Positions 1 to 10,800 of a stretch of DNA of 44,809 nt are shown here, piece by piece (the stretch's first letter is position 1; each line of letters opens with the position of its first letter). The position numbers were made by a program, and so were the translations under genes. The stretch comes from Utricularia gibba (Eukaryota; Plantae; Magnoliophyta): positions 1 to 44,809 of the forward strand of contig NEEC01000040.1 in the NCBI GenBank assembly GCA_002189035.1. Reading direction: 5' to 3'. Below the pieces are notes generated by a model, which saw only the letters and a program-made list of their open reading frames with translations, made no database searches and was not told the origin of the DNA.

Positions 1-1870
1 GAAAGCACCCAACCAAAAACGACAAGCTTTTCCTTCAGAAACCATGTAGCAGCTGCCGAAAACCCAACGTTAATAAATGGATCACTTTTTTTGCCGGGCT
101 ACAAATGACTATGGGCCCGAGCCCGACCCGACCTCCGGCCCGATCCTGGTGCCCCTCGAGAGCGCCTCCTCAAATATAAAGCTTGTGGATGAGAAAACCA
201 TTTGGGGTGCTCATGACATCCTAACTTCAATAAATGCATCACGATTTTCGTCGAATAGGACCCGATTGGGCTCAGGAGTCGAACCGAACCTTGGGTCCGG
301 ACGAACTTCCCAACGAAAGCACCCACCAAAAACGACAAGCTTTTCCTTCAGAAACCATGTAGGCAGCTGCCGAAAACCCAACGTTAAAAATGGATCACTT
401 TTTTTGCCGGGCTACAAATGACTATGGGCCCGAGCCCGACCCGACCTCCGGCCCGATCCTGGTGCCCCTCGAGAGCGCCTCCTCAAATAAAAAGCTTGTG
501 GTTGAGAAACCATTTGGGGTGCTCATGACATCCTAACTTCAATAAATGCATCACGATTTTCGTCGAATAGGACCCGATTGGGCTCAGGAGTCGAACGAAC
601 CTTGGGTCCGGACGAACTTCCCAACGAAAGCACCCACCCAAAAACGACAAGCTTTTCCTTCAGAAACCATGTAGGCAGCTGCCGAAAACCCAACGTTAAT
701 AAATGGATCACTTTTTTTGCCGGGCTACAAATGACTATGGGCCGAGCCCGACCCGACCTCCGGCCCGATCCTGGTGCCCCTCGAGAGCGCCTCCTCAAAT
801 ATAAAGCTTGTGGATGAGAAAACCATTGGGGTGCTCATGACATCCTAACTTCAATAAATGCATCACGATTTTCGTCGAATAGGACCCGATTGGGCTCAGG
901 AGTCGAACCGAACCTTGGGTCCGGACGAACTTCCCAATGAAAGCACCCAACCAAAAACGACAAGCTTTTCCTTCAGAAACCATGTAGGCAGCTGCCGAAA
1001 ACCCAACGTTAATAAATGGATCACTTTTTTGCCGGGCTACAAATGACTATGGGCCCGAGCCCGACCCGACCTCCGGCCCGATCCTGGTGCCCTCGAGAGC
1101 GCCTCCTCAAATAAAAAGCTTGTTGAGAAAACCATTTGGGGTGCTCATGACATCCTAACTTCAATAAATGCATCACGATTTCGTCGAATAGGACCCGATT
1201 GGGCTCAGGAGTCGAACGAACCTTGGGTCCGGATGAACTTCCCAACGAAAGCACCCACCCAAAAACGACAAGCTTTTCCTTCAGAAACATGTAGGCAGCT
1301 GCCGAAAACCCAACGTTAATAAATGGATCACTTTTTTTGCCGGGCTACAAATGACTATGGGCCCGAGCCCGACCGACCTCCGGCCCGATCCTGGTGCCCC
1401 TCGAGAGCGCCTCCTCAAATATAAAGCTTGTGGATGAGAAAACCATTTGGGGTGCTCATGACATCCTAACTTCAATAAATGCATCACGATTTTCGTCGAA
1501 TAGGACCCGATTGGGCTCAGGAGTCGAACCGAACCTTGGGTCCGGACGAACTTCCCAACGAAAGCACCCCCCAAAAACGACAAGCTTTTCCTTCAGAAAC
1601 CATGTAGGCAGCTGCCGAAAACCCAACGTTAATAAATGGATCACTTTTTTTGCCGGGCTACAAATGACTATGGGCCCGAGCCCGACCCGACCTCCGGCCC
1701 GATCCTGGTGCCCTCGAGAGCGCCTCCTCAAATAAAAGCTTGTGGATGAGAAAACCATTTGGGGTGCTCATGACATCCTAACTTCAAAAATGCATCACGA
1801 TTTTCGTCGAATAGGACCCGATTGGGCTCAGGAGTCGAACCGAACCTTGGGTCCGGACGAACTTCCCAAC

Positions 1871-2028
1871 GAAAGCACCCAACCAAAAACGACAAGCTTT
1901 TCCTTCAGAAACCATGTAGGCAGCTGCCGAAAACCCAACGTTAATAAATGGATCACTTTTTTTGCCGGGCTACAAATGACTATGGGCCCGAGCCCGACCC
2001 GACCTCCGGCCCGATCCTGGTGCCCCTC
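1871..2028 (+). repeat. Subunit A (158 bp) of the 315-bp monomer
   Basis: Aligns collinearly to 2029-2185: GAAAGCACC/GAGAGCGCC, AAGCTT/AAGCTT, AGAAACCAT/AGAAAACCAT, AATAAATGGATCAC/AATAAATGCATCAC, TGGGC/TGGGC, GAGCCCGACCCGA-CCT/GAGTCGAACCGAACCT. Confidence 0.9.
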
Positions 2029-2185
2029 GAGAGCGCCTCCTCAAATATAAAGCTTGTGGATGAGAAAACCATTTGGGGTGCTCATGACATCCTAACTTCA
2101 ATAAATGCATCACGATTTTCGTCGAATAGGACCCGATTGGGCTCAGGAGTCGAACCGAACCTTGGGTCCGGACGAACTTCCCAAT
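2029..2185 (+). repeat. Subunit B (157 bp) of the 315-bp monomer
   Basis: Homologous to subunit A at an offset of 155-158 bp along its whole length. About 98 identities in about 162 columns by manual alignment. Confidence 0.9.
2146..2156 (-). promoter_or_regulatory. Pol III B-box-like motif GGTTCGACTCC (once per monomer; representative copy)
   Basis: Plus-strand GGAGTCGAACC is GGTTCGACTCC on the minus strand, matching the tRNA-type B-box consensus GGTTCGANTCC. This is a sequence match only; function is untested. Confidence 0.25.
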
Positions 2186-4800
2186 GAAAGCACCCAACCA
2201 AAAACGACAAGCTTTTCCTTCAGAAACCATGTAAGCAGCTGCCGAAAACCCAACGTTAATAAATGGATCACTTTTTTTGCCGGGCTACAAATGACTATGG
2301 GCCCGAGCCCGACCCGACCTCCGGCCCGATCCTGGTGCCCCTCGAGAGCGCCTCCTCAAATATAAAGCTTGTGGATGAGAAAACCATTTGGGGTGCTCAT
2401 GACATCCTAACTTCAATAAATGCATCACGATTTTCGTCGAATAGGACCCGATTGGGCTCAGGAGTCGAACCGAACCTTGGGTCCGGACGAAGTTCCCAAT
2501 GAAAGCACCCAACCAAAAACGACAAGCTTTTCCTTCAGAAACCATGTAGGCAGCTGCCGAAAACCCAACGTTAATAAATGGATCACTTTTTTTTGCCGGG
2601 CTACAAATGACTATGGGCCCGAGCCCGACCCGACCTCCGGCCCGATCCTGGTGCCCCTCGAGAGCGCCTCCTCAAATATAAAGCTTGTGGATGAGAAAAC
2701 CATTTGGGGTGCTCATGACATCCTAACTTCAAAAATGCATCGATTTTCGTCGAATAGGACCCGATTGGGCTCAGGAGTCGAACCGAACCTTGGGTCCGGA
2801 CGAACTTCCCAACGAAAGCACCCACCAAAAACGACAAGCTTTTCCTTCAGAAACCATGTAAGCAGCTGCCGAAAACCCAACGTTAATAAATGGATCACTT
2901 TTTTTCCGGGCTACAAATGACTATGGGCCCGAGCCCGACCCGACCTCCGGCCCGATCCTGGTGCCCTCGAGAGCGCCTCCTCAAATATAAAGCTTGTGGA
3001 TGAGAAAACCATTTGGGGTGCTCATGACATCCTAACTTCAATAAATGCATCACGATTTTCGTCGAATAGGACCCGATTGGGCTCAGGAGTCGAACCGAAC
3101 CTTGGGTCCGGACGAACTTCCAACGAAAGCACCCACCCAAAAACGACAAGCTTTTCCTTCAGAAACCATGTAGGCAGCTGCCGAAAACCCAACGTTAATA
3201 AATGGATCACTTTTTTTCCCGGGCTACAAATGACTATGGGCCCGAGCCCGACCCGACCTCCGGCCGATCCTGGTGCCCCTCGAGAGCGCCTCCTCAAATA
3301 TAAAGCTTGTGGATGAGAAAACCATTTGGGGTGCTCATGACATCCTAACTTCAATAAATGCATCACGATTTTCGTCGAATAGGACCCGATTGGGCTCAGG
3401 AGTCGAACCGAACCTTGGGTCCGGACGAACTTCCCAATGAAAGCACCCAACCAAAAACGACAAGCTTTTCCTTCAGAAACCATGTAGGCAGCTGCCGAAA
3501 ACCCAACGTTAATAAATGGATCACTTTTTTTGCCGGGCTACAAATGACTATGGGCCCGAGCCCGACCCGACCTCCGGCCCGATCCTGGTGCCCCTCGAGA
3601 GCGCCTCCTCAAATAAAGCATGTGGTTGAGAAAACCATTTGGGGTGCTCATGACATCCTAACTTCAATAAATGCATCACGATTCGTCGAATAGGACCCGA
3701 TTGGGCTCAGGAGTCGAAAAACCTTGGGTCCGGACGAACTTCCCAACGAAAGCACCCACCCAAAAACGACAAGCTTTTCCTTCAGAAACCATGTAGGCAG
3801 CTGCCGAAAACCCAACGTTAATAAATGGATCACTTTTTTTGCCGGGCTACAAATGACTATGGGCCCGAGCCCGACCCGACCTCCGGCCCGATCCTGGTGC
3901 CCCTCGAGAGCGCCTCCTCAAATATAAAGCTTGTGGATGAGAAAACCATTTGGGGTGCTCATGACATCCTAACTTCAAAAAATGCATCACGATTTTCGTC
4001 GAATAGGACCCGATTGGGCTCAGGAGTCGAACCGAACCTTGGGTCCGGACGAACTTCCCAACGAAAGCACCCAACCAAAAACGACAAGCTTTTCCTTCAG
4101 AAACCATGTAGGCAGCTGCCGAAAACCCAACGTTAATAAATGGATCACTTTTTTTGCCGGGCTACAAATGACTATGGCCCGAGCCCGACCGACCTCCGGC
4201 CCGATCCTGGTGCCCCTCGAGAGCGCCTCCTCAAATATAAAGCTTGTGGATGAGAAAACCATTTGGGGTGCTCATGACATCCTAACTTCAATAAATGCAT
4301 CACGATTTTCGTCGAATAGGACCCGATTGGGCTCAGGAGTCGAACCGAACCTTGGGTCCGGACGAAGTTCCCAATGAAAGCACCCAACCAAAAACGACAA
4401 GCTTTTCCTTCAGAAACCATGTAGGCAGCTGCCGAAAAACCCAACGTTAATAAATGGATCACTTTTTTTGCCGGGCTACAAATGACTATGGGCCCGAGCC
4501 CGACCCGACCTCCGGCCCGATCCTGGTGCCCCTCGAGAGCGCCTCCTCAAATATAAAGCTTGTGGATGAGAAAACCATTTGGGGTGCTCATGACATCCTA
4601 ACTTCAATAAATGCATCACGATTTTCGTCGAATAGGACCCGATTGGGCTCAGGAGTCGAACCGAACCTTGGGTCCGGACGAACTTCCCAACGAAAGCACC
4701 CACCCAAAAACGACAAGCTTTTCCTTCAGAAAAATGTAGGCAGCTGCCGAAAACCCACGTAATAAATGGATCACTTTTTTTGCCGGGCTACAAATGACTA

Positions 4801-7800
4801 TGGGCCCGAGCCTCCGACCTAGTGCCCGAGCCCTCCGGCCCGATCCTGGTGCCCCTCGAGAGCGCCTCCTCAAATATAAAGCTTGTGGAAGAACCATTTG
4901 GGGTGCTCATGACATCCTAACTTCAATAAATGCATCACGATTTTCGTCGAATAGGACCCGATTGGGCTCAGGAGTCGAACCGAACCTTGGGTCCGGACGA
5001 ACTTCCCAATGAAAGCACTGCCGAAAACCCAAAATACGACAAATGACTTTTCCTTCAGATCAACCAAGGCAACCATTTGGATCACTTTTTTTCCGGGCTA
5101 CAAATGACTATGGGCCCGAGCCCGACCCGACCTCCGGCCCGATCCTGGTGCCCCTCGAGAGCGCCTCCTCAAATATAAAGCTTGTGGATGAGAAAACCAT
5201 TTGGTGCTCATGACATCCTAACTTCAATAAATGCATCACGATTTTCGTCGAATAGGACCCGATTGGGCTCAGGAGTCGAACCGGACGTTCGAACCCCACC
5301 AAAAAAACGAAAGCTTTTCGGTAGGCAGCTGCCGAAAACGAACTTCCCAAAATGAATGGGCCCGAGCCCGAACCATCCTGGTGCCCCTCGAGAGCGCCTC
5401 CTCAAATATAAAGTGTGGATGAGAAAACCATTTGGGGTGCTCATGACATCCTAACTTCAATAAATGCATCACGATTTTCGTCGAATAGGACCCGATTGGG
5501 CTCAGGAGTCGAACCATTGGTAAGCAGCTGCCGAAGCAACCCAACGTTAATAAATGGATCACTTTTTTGCCGGGCTCCCCCGAGGACTACAAGCGCCTCC
5601 TCAAATATAAAGCTTGTGGATGAGAAAACCATTTGGGGTGCTCATGACATCCTAACTTCAATAAATGCATCACGATTTTCGTGAATAGGACCCGATTGGG
5701 CTCAGGAGTCGAACCGAACCTTGGGTCCGGACGAACTTCCCAACAAAGCACCCACCAAAAACGACAAGCTTTTCCTTCAGAAACATGTAGCAGCTGCCGA
5801 AAACCCAACGTTAATAAATGGATCACTTTTTTTCCCGGCTACAAATGACTATGGGCCCGAGCCCGACCCGACTCCGGCCCGATCCTGGTGCCCCTCGAGA
5901 GCGCCTCCTCAAATATAAAGTTGTGGATGAGAAAACCATTTGGGTGCTCATGACATCCTAACTTCAATAAATGCATCACGTTTTCGTCGAATAGGACCCG
6001 ATTGGCTCAGGAGTCGAACCGAACCTTGGGTCCGGACGAACTTCCCAATGAAAGCACCCAACCAAAAACGACAAGCTTTTCCTTCAGAAACCATGTAGGC
6101 AGCTGCCGAAAACCCAACGTTAATAAATGGATCACTTTTTTTGCCGGGCTACAAATGACTATGGGCCCGAGCCGACCCGACCTCCGGCCCGATCCTGGTG
6201 CCCCTCGAGAGCGCCTCCTCAAATATAAAGCTTGTGGATGAGAAAACCATTTGGGTGCTCATGACATCCTAACTTCAATAAATGCATCACGATTTTCGTC
6301 GAATAGGACCCGATTGGGCTCAGGAGTCGAACCGAACCTTGGGTCCGGACGAACTTCCCAATGAAAGCACCCAACCAAAAACGACAAGCTTTTCCTTCAG
6401 AAACCATGTAAGCAGCTGCCGAAAACCCAACGTTAATAAATGGATCACTTTTTTTCCCGGCTACAAATGACGGCCCGAGCCCGACCCGACCTCCGGCCCG
6501 ATCCTGGTGCCCCTCGAGAGCGCCTCCTCAAATATAAAGCATGAGCCCGAACCGATTTCCGTCTCGATCCTGACATCCTAACTTCAGAAATCCTCACGAT
6601 AAAAGCTTGTGGAAAACCATTTGGGTGCTCATGACATCCTAACTTCAATAAATGCATCACGAAGAATAGACCGATTGGGCTCAGGAGTCGAACCGAACCT
6701 TGGTCCGGACAACGAAAGCTTCCCACCAAAAGCACCCACCAAAAACTTTTCCTTTCCTCCTCAAATATAAAGCTTGTGGATGAGAAAACCATTTGGGGTG
6801 CTCATGACATCCTAACTTCAATAAATGCATCACGATTTTCGTCGAATAGGACCCGATTGGGCTCAGGAGTCGAACCCTTGGGTCCGGACGAACTTCCCAA
6901 TGAAAGCACCCAACCAAAAACGACAAGCTTTTCCTTCAAAACCATGTAAGCTGCCGAAAACCCAACGTTAATAAATGGATCACTTTTTTTGCCGGGCTAC
7001 AAATGACTATGGGCCCGAGCCCGACCCGACCTCCGGCCCGATCCTGGTGCCCCTCGAGAGCGCCTCCTCAAATATAAAGCTTGTGGTTGAGAAAACCATT
7101 TGGGGTGCTCATGACATCCTAACTTCAATAAATGCATCACGATTTTCGTCGAATAGGACCCGATTGGGCTCAGGAGTCGAACCGAACCTTGGGTCCGGAC
7201 GAACTTCCCAACGAAAGCACCCAACCAAAAACGACAAGCTTTTCCTTCAGAAACCATGTAGGCAGCTGCCGAAAACCCAACGTTAATAAATGGATCACTT
7301 TTTTTTGCCGGGCTACAAATGACTATGGGCCGAGCCCGACCCGACCTCCGGCCCGATCCTGGTGCCCCTCGAGAGCGCCTCCTCAAATATAAAGCTTGTG
7401 GATGAGAAAACCATTTGGGGTGCTCATGACATCCTAACTTCAATAAATGCATCACGATTTTCGTCGAATAGGACCCGATTGGGCTCAGGAGTCGAACCGA
7501 ACCTTGGGTCCGGACGAACTTCCCAATGAAAGCACCCACCAAAAACGACAAGCTTTTCCTTCAGAAACCATGTAGCAGCTGCCGAAAACCCAACGTTAAT
7601 AAATGGATCACTTTTTTTGCCGGGCTACAAATGACTATGGGCCCGAGCCCGACCCGACCTCCGGCCCGATCCTGGTGCCCCTCGAGAGCGCCTCCTCAAA
7701 TATAAAGCTTGTGGATGAGAAAACCATTTGGGGTGCTCATGACATCCTAACTTCAATAAATGCATCACGATTTTCGTCGAATAGGACCCGATTGGGCTCA

Positions 7801-10800
7801 GGAGTCGAACCGAACCTTGGGTCCGGACGAACTTCCCAATGAAAGCACCCACCAAAAACGACAAGCTTTTCCTTCAGAAACCATGTAGGCAGCTGCCGAA
7901 AACCCAACGTTAATAAATGGATCACTTTTTTTGCCGGGCTACAAATGACTATGGCCCGAGCCCGACCCGACCTCCGGCCCGATCCTGGTGCCCCTCGAGA
8001 GCGCCTCCTCAAATATAAAGCTTGTGGATGAGAAAACCATTTGGGGTGCTCATGACATCCTAACTTCAATAAATGCATCACGATTTTCGTCGAATAGGAC
8101 CCGATTGGGCTCAGGAGTCGAACCGAACCTTGGGTCCGGACGAACTTCCCAATGAAAGCACCCAAAAACGACAAGCTTTTCCTTCAGAAACCATGTAGGC
8201 AGCTGCCGAAAACCCAACGTTAATAAATGGATCACTTTTTTTCCGGGCTACAAATGACTATGGCCCGAGCCCGACCCGACCTCCGGCCGATCCTGGTGCC
8301 CCTCGAGAGCGCCTCCTCAAATATAAAGCTTGTGGATGAGAAAACCATTTGGGGTGCTCATGACATCCTAACTTCAATAAATGCATCACGATTTTCGTCG
8401 AATAGGACCCGATTGGGCTCAGGAGTCGAACCGAACCTTGGGTCCGGACGAACTTCCCAATGAAAGCACCCAACCAAAAACGACAAGCTTTTCCTTCAGA
8501 AACCCAGCTGCCGAAAACCCAACGAATAAATGGATCAACAAATGACTATTCCGGCCCGATCCTGGTGCCCCTCGAGAGCGCCTCCTCAACTTGTGGTTGA
8601 GAAAACCATTTGTGCTCATGACATCCTAACTTCAATAAATGCATCACGATTTTCGTCGAATAGGACCCGATTGGGCTCAGGAGTCGAACCGAACCTTGGG
8701 TCCGGACGAACTTCCCAATGTTTTCCTTCAGAAACCATGTAAATGGATCACTTTTTTTGCCGGCTACAAATGACTATGGGCCCGAGCCCGACCCGACCTC
8801 CTCAGAGCGCCTCCTCAAATAAAAAGCTTGTGGATGAGAAAACCATTTGGGGTGCTCATGACATCCTAACTTCAATAAATGCATCACGATTTTCGTCGAA
8901 TAGGACCCGATTGGGCTCAGGAGTCGAACCGAACCTTGGGTCCGGACGAACTTCCCAATGAAAGCACCCACCAAAAACGACAAGCTTTTCCTTCAGAAAC
9001 CATAAGCAGCTGCCGAAAACCCAACGTTAATAAATGGATCACTTTTTTTCCGGGCTACAAATGACTATGGGCCCGAGCCCGACCCGACCTCCGGCCCGAT
9101 CCTGGTGCCCCTCGAGAGCGCCTCCTCAAATATAAAGCTTGTGGATGAGAAAACCATTTGGGGTGCTCATGACATCCTAACTTCAATAAATGCATCACGA
9201 TTTTCGTCGAATAGGACCCGATTGGGCTCAGGAGTCGAACCGAACCTTGGGTCCGGACGAACTTCCCAATGAAAGCACCCACCAAAAACGACAAGCTTTT
9301 CCTTCAGAAACCATGTAGGCAGCTGCCGAAAACCCAACGTTAATAAATGGATCACTTTTTTGCCGGGCTACAAATGACTATGGGCCCGAGCCCGACCCGA
9401 CCTCCGGCCCGATCCTGGTGCCCCTCGAGAGCGCCTCCTCAAATAAAAGCTTGTGGTTGAGAAAACCATTTGGGGTGCTCATGACATCCTAACTTCAATA
9501 AATGCATCACGATTTTCGTCGAATAGGACCCGATTGGGCTCAGGAGTCGAACGAACCTTGGGTCCGGACGAACTTCCCAATGAAAGCTTTTCCTTCAGAC
9601 TGCCGAAAACCCAACGCACTTTTTTTGCCGGGCTACAAATGACTATGGGCCCGAACCCGAAAGAGCGCCTCCTCAAATATAAAGCATGAGCCATTTGGGG
9701 TGCTCATGACATCCTAACTTCAATAAATGCATCACGATTTTCGTCGAATAGGACCCGATTGGGCTCAGGAGTCGAACCGAACCTTGGGTCCGGACGAACT
9801 TCCCACACCCACCACGACAAGCTTTTCCTTCAGATGTAAATGGATCACTTTTTTTGCCGGGCTACAAATGACTATGGGCCCGAGCCCCCGACCTCCGGCC
9901 CGATCCTGAGAGCGCCGCTTGTGGATCCTTTGGGGTGCTCATGACATCCTAACTTCAATAAATGCATCACGATTTTCGTCGAATAGGACCCGATTGGGCT
10001 CTCGAAAACCCCGGAAACTTCCCAGTTGATAGGCAGCTGCCGAAAACCCAACGTTAATAAATGGATCACTTTTTTTCCGGGCTACAAATGACTATGGGCC
10101 CGAGCCCGACCGACCTCCGGCCCGATCCTGGTGCCCCGAGAAAATATAAAGCTTGTGGATGAGAAAACCATTTGGGGTGCTCATGACATCCTAACTTCAA
10201 TAAATGCATCACGATTTTCGTCGAATAGGACCCGATTGGGCTCAGGAGTCGAACCGAACCTTGGGTCCGGACGAACTTCCCAATGAAAGCACCCACCAAA
10301 AACGACAAGCTTTTCCTTCAGAAACCATGTAGGCAGCTGCCGAAAACCCAACGTTAATAAATGGATCACTTTTTTGACAAATGACTATGGGCCCGAGCCC
10401 GACCCGACCTCCGGCCCGATCCTGGTGCCCCTCGAGAGCGCCTCCTCAAATAAAAAGCTTGTGGATGAGAAAACCATTTGGGGTGCTCATGACATCCTAA
10501 CTTCAATAAATGCATCACGATTTTCGTCGAATAGGACCCGATTGGGCTCAGGAGTCGAACCGATTCCGGGGTGAAACCATAGGCAGCTGCCGAAAACCCA
10601 ACGTTAATAAATGGATCACTTTTTTTGCCGGGCTACAAATGACTATGGGCCCGAGCCCGACCCGACCTCCGGCCCGATCCTGGTGCCCCTCGAGAGCGCC
10701 TCCTCAAATATAAAGCTTGTGGATGAGAAAACCATTTGGGGTGCTCATGACATCCTAACTTCAATAAATGCATCACGATTTTCGTCGAATAGGACCCGAT

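Larger units (their letters stand above)
1871..2185 (+). repeat. Representative full-length 315-bp monomer (CAAT-ending variant)
   Basis: Exact consensus copy. The next monomer starts at 2186 and the one after at 2501, a period of exactly 315. HindIII AAGCTT sites at 1894-1899 and 2050-2055. Confidence 0.98.
1..4800 (+). repeat. Near-intact satellite block (about 15 monomers)
   Basis: Units of about 308-316 bp that differ from the consensus only by small indels (mostly homopolymer) and a few recurrent SNVs. Confidence 0.93.

Noticed and set aside
2118-2134. CENP-B box (TTCG....A..CGGG) at TTTCGTCGAATAGGAC
   Set aside because: Only 6 of 9 essential positions match on either strand, and the CGGG half is missing.
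1871-2185. 5S rDNA or other rDNA repeat (similar unit size, Pol III-like motif)
   Set aside because: No recognisable ~120-nt 5S coding region on either strand, only a short TGGGAAGT coincidence on the minus strand. No 18S, 5.8S or 28S motifs.
2134-2207. Possible tRNA gene on the minus strand around the B-box-like motif
   Set aside because: Manual folding gives no acceptor, D or anticodon stem; only a partial T-arm pairs.
1-4800. A regular fixed-period higher-order repeat in the left intact block
   Set aside because: Diagnostic alleles (GGTTG in units 2, 4, 12; TTCAAAA in 6, 9, 13; GTAAGC in 8, 10; GAAGTT in 8, 14) share no common period.
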